Of a stretch of DNA of 43,809 nucleotides, positions 32,826-42,309 are shown one piece after another. This DNA comes from an uncultured bacterium (GTDB lineage: Bacteria > Latescibacterota > MVCY01): contig CAZQSC010000001.1 of the NCBI GenBank assembly GCA_964595705.1, positions 1 to 43,809 on the forward strand, in the 5' to 3' direction. The position numbers and the translations under genes were made by a program. Positions within the stretch are counted from its first letter, which is position 1; the number at the start of each line of letters is the position of its first letter. Under the pieces are notes generated by a model. The model saw only the letters and a list, made by a program, of their open reading frames with translations, made no database searches and had not been told where the DNA came from.

Positions 32826-34364
32826 TCACTGCAGCCCATACTTCTGAATCTTGCGATAAAGGGTTCGCTCTCCTATCCCTAACATCTTGGCTGCCTTTTT
32901 CTTATTCCCTCGGGTTTCTCTTAGTGCCTTTCGAATCATCTCTTTCTCCATCTCAGCAATCGGTTTTAACTCCCCGGCATCGGTCTGAGCTACCTCTTTA
33001 ATCTCTCTTTCCCCGACCTCCCCAACTTCGGATACAAAGGGCACCTCATAGGGATTTATAGGGATGGGTTTGGTAACTCTTTGTCCTTCCAGGAGGAATT
33101 TCTTGATCTCTGCCACATCCTCTCTCAGGGCCAGCAGGCTGCGATAGATTAGCTCTCGTTCAGACTGGTCCGGGGTTTTCTGTACCCTTACAGGCAGAAG
33201 GCGACTGAAGGACGGCCCTTGCTCCAGGTAATCTTTGAAATATCGAGGGATATCATCGGCAGTTATCTTCCTCTTGGGAGACAGAGCTACCATACTCTCC
33301 ACCAGGTTTTTAAGCTCTCTTATATTTCCAGGCCAGGGATAGCGCATAAGCAGTTGCATCGCGTCTTCGGATATACCGGGGAAGCTGATCTTATGTTCTT
33401 CGCAGTAGCTGCGCACAAAGGCATCCACTAACAGAGGGATATCCTCTCTCCTCTCTCGCAGAGGGGGCACATATATCTCAAAGACCTTCAGACGGTAGTA
33501 GAGGTCCTGGCGAAAATTGCCTTCCCTGACTGCGGCGGCTAAGTCACGGTTGGTGGCGGCGATCACTCTGACATCCACCTTTACGGTCTCTGTGCCTCCG
33601 ACACGGCGCAGCTCCCTCTGCTCCAACACCCGCAGGAATCTGACCTGTGTGGCCGGCGACATCTCTCCGATCTCATCCAAAAATATGCTCCCCCCCTCAG
33701 CAGCCTCAAAAACACCTTTATGTCGGGCAACCGCCCCAGTGAAGGCACCTCTTTCGTGCCCGAAGAGCTCGCTCTCTAAAACTCCTTCTGCCAGCGCCCC
33801 GCAGTCGACAGCCAGAAAAGCCCTAGCCTTGCGTCTGCTGTGGTTATGAATTGCCCTTGCTATTAGCTCCTTGCCTGTACCTGTCTCTCCGGTGATAAGG
33901 ACGGTTATCTCGGTGGGGGCAATCTGGATAATGGCTTCCAGGACCTGCTTCATCTGCTCGGACTTCCCTACCAGTCCGGACTCCAGCGAGACCCTCTTTC
34001 GCACCTGTGCCCTGCCCACAACCTCTGCCAGTTCGTGCCGATCAATGGGCTTCTCTAAGATGGCATCGACCTCCATCCGAACGGCTGAGGCTTCCCCCTT
34101 GGGGCACAACAACACCAGGGTGCCCCAGTAACGGCCATCCTTAAGTCGCTCTGAAATCTGCACCAGCTCCGCCTCTGGAATCGAGGCATCAGCCACTACA
34201 ACATCAACAGGGTTGTGCTGAAGAAAATCGACTGCTGCCTTCCCATCGTCTGCTGCTACCCACTCCCAATGCCCTTCCCCTGAAACGGCGAAGATCGCCT
34301 CTTGGACTTCTTCGTCTAAACCCACCAGCAGAAGATTGAGCTTCTCATCCAATTGAGCAATCAC
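32826..34364 (-). CDS. sigma-54-dependent transcriptional activator (receiver-like N-terminus, AAA+ core, Fis-type HTH)
   Basis: GETGTGKELIARAIH (Walker A), ESELFGHERGAFTGA (GAFTGA loop), VRVIAATNRDL, and the C-terminal KKKAAKMLGIGERTLYRKIQKYGL. The start is uncertain (GTG 34364 or a downstream TTG). Confidence 0.9.
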   Translation of the reverse strand: MIAQLDEKLNLLLVGLDEEVQEAIFAVSGEGHWEWVAADDGKAAVDFLQHNPVDVVVADASIPEAELVQISERLKDGRYWGTLVLLCPKGEASAVRMEVDAILEKPIDRHELAEVVGRAQVRKRVSLESGLVGKSEQMKQVLEAIIQIAPTEITVLITGETGTGKELIARAIHNHSRRKARAFLAVDCGALAEGVLESELFGHERGAFTGAVARHKGVFEAAEGGSIFLDEIGEMSPATQVRFLRVLEQRELRRVGGTETVKVDVRVIAATNRDLAAAVREGNFRQDLYYRLKVFEIYVPPLRERREDIPLLVDAFVRSYCEEHKISFPGISEDAMQLLMRYPWPGNIRELKNLVESMVALSPKRKITADDIPRYFKDYLEQGPSFSRLLPVRVQKTPDQSERELIYRSLLALREDVAEIKKFLLEGQRVTKPIPINPYEVPFVSEVGEVGEREIKEVAQTDAGELKPIAEMEKEMIRKALRETRGNKKKAAKMLGIGERTLYRKIQKYGLQ

Positions 34365-34499
34365 CTCTGATTAGCTAAGTCTCCATTCTATGGAGACCTG
34401 AAGGCCTCCGCTACTGTTGGCAATAAACTGCAAGCCAGCGTACTTCGTAAACTGAGGCATTTTTTCCCTAAAAATAACTCTTTCATCGACTATTAAGGT

Positions 34500-35777
34500 C
34501 TAATTTTCCGGTTTAGATAGAACCTCCACTAAATAATCGCACAAATTTTCGATTTCCACCTCTTCCTGGTGGGAACTCTCCATATTGCGCACCGAGGCCT
34601 TCCCCTTGTTTAACTCCTCCTGGCCGATAATCACAGTATACTTAGCTTTCAGATTATTTGCGGCTCGCATCTGGGCCTTTAGGCTTCTGTCCAGATAATC
34701 GGTGTCGGCACTTACCCCTCGAGTTCGCAGCTTCCGCAGCAGGCGCACGGCCAATTGCTTGGCCTCCTCCCCCATAGAGGCAATATAAACCTCAGGGTGG
34801 AGAAGCTCAGGAGACAGAGAGCCTTCTTCCTCCATCGTCAGAAGGATTCGCTCTATGCCAGCTGCAAATCCCACCGCAGGAGTTGGTTTTCCCCCCAGTT
34901 CCTCAACCAAGCCGTCGTAACGCCCTCCCCCACCCAAGGCATCCTGAGCCCCCAGTTGAGGATTTACCACCTCGAAAACCGTCTTGGTGTAGTAATCAAG
35001 GCCTCTCACCAGCCGCTGGTTGATCTGATAACCAATATCCAAGGTATCCAGATGGACCTTAAGCTCCTGGAAGTGTTGGGCACATTCATCACACAGGTAG
35101 TCCAGCATAGAAGGGGCATTCTCGGTTATTTGGCGACAAGCGGGGTTTTTGCAGTCAAGGATCCTCAAAGGGTTCCTCTGGTAACGCTGTTTACAGTCGG
35201 CACAGAGAAGGTCATATTCATCGGCGAAAAAACCCAGTAATCTCTCTCGATAAGGGGGACGACACCGAGGACAGCCAATGGTGCCCAGCTGGAGGGAAAG
35301 CCCTTTCAGCCCCAAGTCATCACAGATATCCAGGAAAAGGGAGATGATCTCAGCATCCAAGGCAGGGGCAAGAGAACCTATAGCTTCGGCTCCAAACTGG
35401 TGAAATTGTCTCAGTCTGCCTGCCTGGGGATTCTCTTGGCGGTACATTGGACCGATGTAGAAGAGCTTCTGAATCGGCTTTTTCATTCCCAGACTGTGCT
35501 CGATGTAAGTGCGAACTACCGGTGGGGTGCCCTCTGGCCTGAGGGTCAGACTGCGCCCGCCCTTATCCTGGAAGGTGTACATCTGCTTCTGTACTATCTC
35601 GGTGCCCTGCCCGGTGGAGTGAATGAAAAGCTCTGTGCGCTCAAATGTCGGCGTGGCTATCTCCTGGTAGTTGTAGAGCCTCATTCTCCTCCTAACTGTC
35701 TCCTCAAGACGACGCCAGAGGGGCATCTTATCGGGAAGTATATCCTGAGTTCCACGCAATGCTTTGTATTTTAGCAT
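34500..35777 (-). CDS. hisS: histidine--tRNA ligase
   Basis: 425 aa. ALRGTQDILP, LRPEGT, FHQFGAE and GGGRYDGL are canonical class-II HisRS motifs. Confidence 0.95.
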   Translation of the reverse strand: MLKYKALRGTQDILPDKMPLWRRLEETVRRRMRLYNYQEIATPTFERTELFIHSTGQGTEIVQKQMYTFQDKGGRSLTLRPEGTPPVVRTYIEHSLGMKKPIQKLFYIGPMYRQENPQAGRLRQFHQFGAEAIGSLAPALDAEIISLFLDICDDLGLKGLSLQLGTIGCPRCRPPYRERLLGFFADEYDLLCADCKQRYQRNPLRILDCKNPACRQITENAPSMLDYLCDECAQHFQELKVHLDTLDIGYQINQRLVRGLDYYTKTVFEVVNPQLGAQDALGGGGRYDGLVEELGGKPTPAVGFAAGIERILLTMEEEGSLSPELLHPEVYIASMGEEAKQLAVRLLRKLRTRGVSADTDYLDRSLKAQMRAANNLKAKYTVIIGQEELNKGKASVRNMESSHQEEVEIENLCDYLVEVLSKPEN

Positions 35778-35875
35778 CTTCTCTATCCTGCTTACCTATT
35801 CTGCTCTCCTATATCTTTGTTTAAGAGTAGCTTGCCCCTTCTTTAAGGATCAGGGGACTAACGACTTAGGGGTGC

Positions 35876-36583
35876 CTATCTAAAAATACCCGAGATAGAG
35901 GAGAAAGCCCCTAAGAACATCAGCAGGCCAAAGACCACCAACACCAATCCGGAGATAATCTCCACTGAGCGAAGGTGAGCCTTCGCCCGGCTGAAGAGGC
36001 TCAGGAAGGCATTTATCCCCAGTCCCGATGCTACAAAGGGGATGCCCAGCCCCAAGGAATAAGAAGCTAACAGCAAGACTCCTTTGCCCACTGTCTGCTG
36101 TGTTCCAGCGTAAGCTAATATTGTTGCCAGAATTGGTCCTACACAGGGTGTCCATCCGAAAGCAAAGGCCAGACCAACAACAAAGGCACCTATGGTACTG
36201 GCCGGCACAGTTCTGGCCTGAAATCTCTTCTCATAATTCAGGAATCCTATCCGCAGCCATCCGATGGTGTGGAGCCCCAAAACCACTATGATAGTGCCTG
36301 CTATCTTGCTGAGCAGGGCGAGATGAGAAAGTAGAAACTGACCTATAACTGTAGCCGTCGCCCCCAGGGCGACAAAGACAATGGAGAACCCCAGGACAAA
36401 CATCAGAGAGTTGGTTCCCACCTTAAGGAGCCCCCGGACATCTGTCGAAACGGTTCTCATCTGGCCCAAAGAGAGGCCAGAGATAAAACAGAGATAGGCC
36501 GGGACCAAAGGGAGAACACAGGGGGAGAGAAAACAGAGAACCCCTGCCCCAAAAGCTGCGATCACAGAGATATCGCTCACCAT
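35876..36583 (-). CDS. ccdA: cytochrome c biogenesis protein CcdA (DsbD-family thiol:disulfide electron transporter)
   Basis: 235 aa with 6 TM segments. FLSPCVLPLVPAY and GWTPCVGPIL are the two conserved Cys motifs of CcdA. Confidence 0.85.
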   Translation of the reverse strand: MVSDISVIAAFGAGVLCFLSPCVLPLVPAYLCFISGLSLGQMRTVSTDVRGLLKVGTNSLMFVLGFSIVFVALGATATVIGQFLLSHLALLSKIAGTIIVVLGLHTIGWLRIGFLNYEKRFQARTVPASTIGAFVVGLAFAFGWTPCVGPILATILAYAGTQQTVGKGVLLLASYSLGLGIPFVASGLGINAFLSLFSRAKAHLRSVEIISGLVLVVFGLLMFLGAFSSISGIFR

Positions 36584-36960
36584 TGCACCCCTTTTATGGT
36601 ATCATTAAACTCTGGCAAAATGGCCAGGATTCATAAATTCCAAGTCACAAATTCAAAGCAAGTTGCAATAACAATGCTCTGACCCTTCTGTTGGTGTACT
36701 CTCCAGCATTATCAACAGACTTGCTCAACAGGTTTGTCAAACGAGGATCCACTCGACCTGCAACCGTCAGAGACTGTGAGACGTAGCTTTTCCCCTCTGC
36801 CTTTTGTAAATATAGAACAAAAAAGGTGAAATATCAAGCCGTTTTTTTACTGTTATAACATAATACTACCTAAAGCTTGGAGTTATCGCAAATACCCCTA
36901 GGACTGGGATTCTGGAGCTCCCGGGAAGGCATCTTGTTAGAGAACTCTCATTTAAGCAGG

Positions 36961-37069
36961 TTTTCCACAAAGAAAGGCCCCGTTTCTTAGGATCTGCATT
37001 AAAAGGAATAACAAGTGGTTATCCTACGCCTCTATGTGAGTTATCCACATTTTAAAGAGGTTATCCACA
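36961..37069 (+). promoter_or_regulatory. DnaA-box cluster (candidate oriC core or DnaA-regulated region)
   Basis: Two perfect TTATCCACA boxes (37041-37049 and 37061-37069, 20 bp apart, inside a 14-nt direct repeat GTTATCCACATTTT). Also TTTTCCACA (36961-36969) and TTATCCTAC (37019-37027). All four have the same orientation. Confidence 0.5.
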
Positions 37070-37197
37070 TTTTCCCTCACCTGTAAGAAAGGGGAGGCGG
37101 TAGTGGTTGCGAGATTTAAATCGAGCATCTTTCTTTGATACTCTCCTGTTAATTTCTGTTGACAACTCTGTCGAATACTGCCAGGGGAATTTTTCTC

Positions 37198-37226
37198 TTG
37201 CTACCCACGGGATTCTATGTTATATT
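37198..37226 (+). promoter_or_regulatory. candidate sigma-70 promoter upstream of rsmI
   Basis: TTGCTA (37198-37203), a 17-nt spacer, then TATATT (37221-37226). Confidence 0.35.
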
Positions 37227-37273
37227 TATTATGATATCTACACTGAGAGATTCGCAAGCAGGGGGGAAGGAGC

Positions 37274-37987
37274 GTGGGACAGAAAGGCGGGCAACTTTAT
37301 ATTGTGAGCACCCCCATTGGTAATTTAGAGGATATAACCCTCCGTGCCCTGAAGGTGCTCAAAGAGGTGGAGATTATAGCTGCTGAGGACACTCGTCGCA
37401 CCAAGCAACTGCTGGCTCACCACCAGATCAAAGGCCCCAGTGTTACCAGTTACCACGATCATAATAAGGAGAGAAAAACCCCCTTTTTGATCCGCCAGAT
37501 GCTTTCTGGTCAGTCAGTTGCTGTAGTCTCCGATGCTGGCACCCCAGGGATTTCCGATCCTGCTTATTTTCTGGTGCGGCATGCCATAGAGAATCAAATC
37601 CCAGTAGTTCCTATCCCTGGAGCCTCGGCACTGATGGCTGCTTTGGTAGTCTCAGGGCTGCCCACCGATCGCTTTGTGTTCGAAGGATTTCTGCCCGCCA
37701 GAGGGTCCAAAAGAAGGAAGCGCCTGCAGGAGTTGAAAGAAGAGATCAGAACTGTTTTGCTTTTCGAATCGCCCCACCGACTTTTGCGGTTGTTGAACGA
37801 CGCCTACCAAATTTTGGGAGACAGGGAGATCTGCCTTTGCCGGGAGCTGACTAAAAGGTTCGAAGAAACGCTCAGAGGCAGATTAAGCCAGATTATCGAG
37901 CAGTTTCAAATAAAAAACCCTCGGGGAGAATTTGTCCTCGTTATCAGGGGAGCAGAGAAAACCAATCCGATAGATTCTGTAGACTAA
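37274..37987 (+). CDS. rsmI: 16S rRNA (cytidine1402-2'-O)-methyltransferase
   Basis: GTG start. The N-terminal GQLYIVSTPIGNLEDITLRAL, EDTR and VSDAGTPGISDPG-like motifs are canonical RsmI (tetrapyrrole-methylase fold). Confidence 0.9.
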   Translation: MGQKGGQLYIVSTPIGNLEDITLRALKVLKEVEIIAAEDTRRTKQLLAHHQIKGPSVTSYHDHNKERKTPFLIRQMLSGQSVAVVSDAGTPGISDPAYFLVRHAIENQIPVVPIPGASALMAALVVSGLPTDRFVFEGFLPARGSKRRKRLQELKEEIRTVLLFESPHRLLRLLNDAYQILGDREICLCRELTKRFEETLRGRLSQIIEQFQIKNPRGEFVLVIRGAEKTNPIDSVD

Positions 37988-38001
37988 GGAGGTTCTCCTC
38001 T

Positions 38002-38667
38002 GTGAAATTAAGACTGTTTTTCTCAAAGTTATTCAACCGGGAAATGACCTTCAGCGGCAAGCTGAAAGAGTGTTTTGCCCGCTTTGTGAGACCTCTGGTG
38101 GAGTTATTTGCGAACCTTGGGCTACGACCTGATTTTTTCACTGCCTTAGGATTGCTTTTAAGCATCGGGGCCGCTGTCGCTTTTGCTGTAGGCTGGTTCC
38201 CCTGGGCCGGTGTTGTTGTCCTGCTGGCAGGGCTTTGTGATGTCTTCGACGGGCAGGTTGCCCGAGCGGCTAACAAAGGGACGAAGTTCGGTGCCCTGTT
38301 GGACTCAACTTTAGACCGTTACTCGGAAGCGTTTATCTTCTTCGGTATCGCCTTCTATCTGGTACGCACAGACAGTATGTTAACCAAGATGGCCTTACTA
38401 TTCGCCCTAGCAGGCTCTCTGATGGTGAGCTATGTGCGCGCCCGGGCCGAGGGACTGGGAATCGAGTGTCAGGGCGGCCTGATGCAAAGAACTCAACGCA
38501 CCTTGGCGGTGGCCTTAGGAGCCCTTTTCGGAAAAACCGGTCTGACAGTAGTAATCTGGATATTAGCAGTGCTTGCTAATTATACGGTCGTGGAGAGAAT
38601 ATACCATGTCTGGATGAAGACAAAGGCCCTGAACCTGAAAAAGGAAGACCCTACAGCCCCAGGATAG
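38002..38667 (+). CDS. CDP-alcohol phosphatidyltransferase family protein (phosphatidylinositol-phosphate-synthase-like)
   Basis: GTG start 9 nt after AAGGAGG. The signature D-x2-D-G-x2-A-R-x8-G-x3-D-x3-D reads [30 protein letters not shown]. About 6 TM segments. Confidence 0.85.
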   Translation: MKLRLFFSKLFNREMTFSGKLKECFARFVRPLVELFANLGLRPDFFTALGLLLSIGAAVAFAVGWFPWAGVVVLLAGLCDVFDGQVARAANKGTKFGALLDSTLDRYSEAFIFFGIAFYLVRTDSMLTKMALLFALAGSLMVSYVRARAEGLGIECQGGLMQRTQRTLAVALGALFGKTGLTVVIWILAVLANYTVVERIYHVWMKTKALNLKKEDPTAPG

Positions 38668-38732
38668 GGAGAGTTGCAACCCCTCGGAGCCCGCTTGCCC
38701 TGGCAAACAAAAACTTAGAAAGGAGGAGTTTA

Positions 38733-39839
38733 ATGGGCAAACTAAATGTAGCTATTATCGGCGTTGGCAACTGTGCTTCTTCACTGATACAAGGGGTAGA
38801 GTTTTACAAAAACGCCAAAGAGACCGATTTTGTTCCTGGATTAATGCATGTCAATTTAGGCGGATACCATGTGCGCGACATCCAGTTTGTAGCCGCCTTT
38901 GACATCGACAAAAACAAAGTAGGAAAGGATTTAAGTGAGGCTATCTTCACTTATCCCAATAACACTTACAAATTTACTGATGTGCCTAATTTAGGAGTTA
39001 AAGTCCACAGAGGAATGACCCACGATGGTCTGGGGAAATATCTATCTCAGATAATTAAAAAAGCCCCCGGGTCAACAGATGATATAGTGGGCATCTTGAA
39101 AGAGACAAAGACCGATGTGGTGATCAACTACCTACCGGTGGGAAGTGAAGAGGCCACAAAGTGGTATGTTGAACAGGTGCTTGAGGCTGGTTGTGCTTTT
39201 ATCAACTGTATCCCCGTGTTCATAGCCAACCAAGCCTACTGGAGACGCCGCTTTGAGGAGCGGGGCTTGCCCATAATAGGCGATGACATAAAATCTCAGG
39301 TGGGAGCCACCATCGTACATCGAATCCTCACCTGGTTGTTCAGACAGAGAGGAGTACGACTTGAACGCACCAGCCAGCTTAATGTAGGCGGTAATACCGA
39401 CTTCCTTAATATGCTGGAGCGTTCCCGGTTGGAGTCGAAGAAGATTAGCAAAACCCAAGCAGTGACCTCTCAACTGGACTACGATATCGGGGCAGACAAC
39501 ATATACATCGGCCCCAGTGACTACATCCCCTGGCTGAAAGACAGAAAATGGTGCCACCTCAGAATGGAAGGGAGAACCTTCGGGGACGTCCCTCTGAACT
39601 TAGAGCTGAAGCTTGAAGTCTGGGATTCTCCTAACTCCGCCGGGGTGGTTATCGATGCTATAAGGTGCTGTAAACTGGCCTTAGACAACGGAGTAAAGGG
39701 AGCATTAGAGGCTCCATCGGCCTACTTCATGAAGTCGCCTCCCAAACAGTACAGCGACTCAGAGGCCAGGAATCTGGTAGAGGAGTTTATCGCCACCTAC
39801 CAGAAGAAGGGGAAAGAGAAAAAACTAAAGGAAACCTAA
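38733..39839 (+). CDS. ino1: inositol-3-phosphate synthase (myo-inositol-1-phosphate synthase, short prokaryotic type)
   Basis: 368 aa with an AAGGAGG SD. The N-terminal [21 protein letters not shown] (NAD-binding) and the overall pattern match archaeal/actinobacterial MIPS. Confidence 0.9.
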   Translation: MGKLNVAIIGVGNCASSLIQGVEFYKNAKETDFVPGLMHVNLGGYHVRDIQFVAAFDIDKNKVGKDLSEAIFTYPNNTYKFTDVPNLGVKVHRGMTHDGLGKYLSQIIKKAPGSTDDIVGILKETKTDVVINYLPVGSEEATKWYVEQVLEAGCAFINCIPVFIANQAYWRRRFEERGLPIIGDDIKSQVGATIVHRILTWLFRQRGVRLERTSQLNVGGNTDFLNMLERSRLESKKISKTQAVTSQLDYDIGADNIYIGPSDYIPWLKDRKWCHLRMEGRTFGDVPLNLELKLEVWDSPNSAGVVIDAIRCCKLALDNGVKGALEAPSAYFMKSPPKQYSDSEARNLVEEFIATYQKKGKEKKLKET

Positions 39840-39897
39840 CCAGCCTTTAGCCTCAGCCAGAGGGGAAAACCCTCTCCAGTACAAAAACAAAGAGACG

Positions 39898-40019
39898 GGG
39901 AAATAGAGAACGGAGGCAAGCTCAAGTGCTAAAGTTACGGGGCGCTTTATCCGAAACCATCTGAGGAGGAGCTGTCCCGCAGAGGAAATAACTTGAGGCA
40001 CCGCTGTTTTCTATTTCCC
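39898..40019 (+). other. about 120-nt long-stem hairpin in the ino1-tmk spacer (unclassified structured element)
   Basis: GGGAAATAGAGAACGG (39898-39913) pairs with CGCTGTTTTCTATTTCCC (about 40002-40019) as 16 bp with two G-U pairs. An inner stem pairs CTCAAGT (39921-39927) with ACTTGAG (39991-39997). Confidence 0.4.
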
Positions 40020-40040
40020 TATTCTTTATGGGAAAAATAG

Positions 40041-40646
40041 ATGTTCATAACATTTGAGGGCATCGATTCTTGTGGAAAGACCACCCAGGCAGGCCTTTTA
40101 GCTGAGGGCTTAAGAGAGGCAGGCTACCCGGTTGTTTTCACTCATGAACCGGGTGGAACAGAAATCGGTGAGAAGATCCGTCACCTGCTTTTAAGCAGGG
40201 AAAACAATCAGATGGTCTGGCTGACCGAGCTTTTTCTCTATATGGCCAGCCGGGCCCAGCATACCGAAGAACGAATTCGCCCGGCCATACGACAGGGAAA
40301 GATTGTGGTCTGCGACCGTTACACAGATTCCACCTTGGCCTATCAGGGCTATGGCCGGGGCCTGGACCGAAAACTGATACATCAGCTTAACCAGATAGCC
40401 ACCGGGGGGTTGATCCCACAGCTCACTTTCTTAATCGACATCCCACCCCAGGTGGCCATGCAGAGAAAATCGAACAAAGACCGCTTAGAGGGCGAGGACT
40501 TCGACTTTCACAGCAGAGCGAGAAAAGGTTACCTGAAAATTGCCAAAGATGAACCCCAGCGTTTTCACATCATCGACGGCTCCAGAGGTATCCAAGAAAT
40601 TCACCGAGAGATAATGACCACCACCGTGGGCAGATTAAAGGACTGA
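40041..40646 (+). CDS. tmk: dTMP (thymidylate) kinase
   Basis: MFITFEGIDSCGKTTQ (P-loop), DRY motif (CDRYTDSTLAYQG) and a lid region. Canonical Tmk. Confidence 0.95.
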   Translation: MFITFEGIDSCGKTTQAGLLAEGLREAGYPVVFTHEPGGTEIGEKIRHLLLSRENNQMVWLTELFLYMASRAQHTEERIRPAIRQGKIVVCDRYTDSTLAYQGYGRGLDRKLIHQLNQIATGGLIPQLTFLIDIPPQVAMQRKSNKDRLEGEDFDFHSRARKGYLKIAKDEPQRFHIIDGSRGIQEIHREIMTTTVGRLKD

Positions 40647-40695
40647 GACTCTTTGATCCCTGGAGGGCAATCCCATCTGCTTCCATTGATGAAAC

Positions 40696-40959
40696 TTATG
40701 ATGTTTCTGCTTTTCCCTTCTCACCTTTGGTCTGTTTCCCCTCTGCTTTCTTCTCTGCCTCCATGCCCTCCTTCCGGGATTTGCTGGGGTAATCAGTAAT
40801 ATACCAGCCTGAACCCTTCAAAACAAAGGCAGTGCGGGATATCACCCGGCGCACAGGGCCACCACACTTCTCGCAGATCCTCGCCTCTTTATCATGAAGA
40901 CTCTGAAATTGTTCAAACCTGTGTCCACATCTCTCACACTTATACTCATAGATTGGCAT
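40696..40959 (-). CDS. FmdB-family zinc-ribbon putative regulatory protein
   Basis: MPIYEYKCERCGHRFE....CEKCGG is the family-defining start with CxxC...CxxC. The second ATG (40959) is better spaced from AGGAGGG than ATG 40962. Confidence 0.85.
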   Translation of the reverse strand: MPIYEYKCERCGHRFEQFQSLHDKEARICEKCGGPVRRVISRTAFVLKGSGWYITDYPSKSRKEGMEAEKKAEGKQTKGEKGKAETS

Positions 40960-41213
40960 CATTCCCTCCTGGTTTATCTAACTCGCAGTGAACTCAAAGC
41001 CTGTAGCTACTCTTCCAGTCGCATCATTGCTGGCTCCCGGGGGTTTAAACCAGATTCATTGGTCTTCATCCCCCTGAGGGGGTTAATATTAAACTATAAT
41101 GGAGGAAAAGTCAAGCACTATTTGGGCCTTTACCTAAACTAACCTTGTTTTATCTGTGACTTATCCCCAGTGTTCGATAAGATCCAAATTTTTCAGCCCA
41201 AAGGGACGAAGAT

Positions 41214-42290
41214 ATGTCAGTGCCAATTGAAATCGACACGGAATGGGTGGAAAGCGTTAAGAAGAGATATGAAGAGGTATTTGCCCTGAAAGAGCCGGAT
41301 CGCGTGCCTGGCTGTGCTCATACGGTTTTCCCTGAACCGTTTGGAGGACGAGGGAATATTCAGGAGTATATCCTCAATCCCAAGCGACAGTTGGAGTTCA
41401 AGCTCAGGGAGATCAGAGAGTGCCAGCGCCTGAAGGCGGATGTGGTCCCATTTCTGATTCCCGAGTTTGATCAGGGGGTGTATGCCTCTGCGTTGGGTGG
41501 CAAAGTTGCTTTTGCTCCTAATCACTTTCCCTGGGTGGTAGAACATCCCTTGAGGAATCTAGAGGCTGTGCGATGGCTGGAAATTCCCGATATGCGCAAG
41601 GCAGGCTACGGTCCTCATATCCTTCACACCCTAGAATACTTCATGGAGCAGGCGGGCGAAATTTTGCCAGTTGCTCCCTTTGGTCTTCAGAGTCCTTTTT
41701 CAGTGGCCTATGAGCTGCGCGGCCCCGACCTTTACACCGACGTCTTCGACGCACCGGAGCTGGTACGAGAGCTTCTGGATTTCTGCTGTGAGCTTCTGAT
41801 CTCGTGGGCCAAGGAGCAGTCTAAGATCACTGGGCGCCATTTTCAAAGTCCGGCTGGATTTGTGGACAAGCTTTGGCTTCCACCTGGCAAAGGCGGTTTT
41901 TATCTGGTGGAATTAGAGGCTCAGATGCTCTCCCCAGAACTGTACCGGGAGTTTGCATTTCCAGTGAATCAGAGGCTATTTGAAGCTTTTGGCGGTGGTG
42001 CTATCCATACAGATGGCAGTGCTGCTCATCTCCTTGATTTCTATCTGAAATTACCGGTATCCCTGGTGAGATTCTACGGTGGGGCCATCGACCTTAACCA
42101 ACTGAAAGAGAAACTCAAGGGGAAGATAGTGCTGTATGGGGTTAAGACAAGGGCTCAGGGAGGAGCTATGGCAACCAAGGAGGAACTGGTCGAATCTCTG
42201 CAAATGTTTGCCCCGGGCGGTGGGTACATCCTCGGCCCCGATGCCTATCTTACAGATGTGATGGAGACTATTGGAGAATACTATGGTTAA
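41214..42290 (+). CDS. uroporphyrinogen decarboxylase (URO-D) fold family protein, possibly MtaA/CmuA-like methyltransferase (tentative)
   Basis: 358 aa. The size and the N-terminal layout (KRYEEVFALKEPDRVP..., later GGAIHTDGS) resemble URO-D family members. I cannot see decisive motifs. Confidence 0.5.
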   Translation: MSVPIEIDTEWVESVKKRYEEVFALKEPDRVPGCAHTVFPEPFGGRGNIQEYILNPKRQLEFKLREIRECQRLKADVVPFLIPEFDQGVYASALGGKVAFAPNHFPWVVEHPLRNLEAVRWLEIPDMRKAGYGPHILHTLEYFMEQAGEILPVAPFGLQSPFSVAYELRGPDLYTDVFDAPELVRELLDFCCELLISWAKEQSKITGRHFQSPAGFVDKLWLPPGKGGFYLVELEAQMLSPELYREFAFPVNQRLFEAFGGGAIHTDGSAAHLLDFYLKLPVSLVRFYGGAIDLNQLKEKLKGKIVLYGVKTRAQGGAMATKEELVESLQMFAPGGGYILGPDAYLTDVMETIGEYYG

Positions 42291-42309
42291 CTGCGCTGAA
42301 AAAATTACC

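Noticed and set aside
39898-40019. The long hairpin considered as SRP (4.5S) RNA, 6S RNA or a tRNA-like gene.
   Set aside because: I could not find the conserved SRP domain-IV motifs (GGAA tetraloop with AGCA/GNAR internal loops), 6S-like bubble architecture or tRNA T-arm sequences. It is kept only as an unclassified structure.
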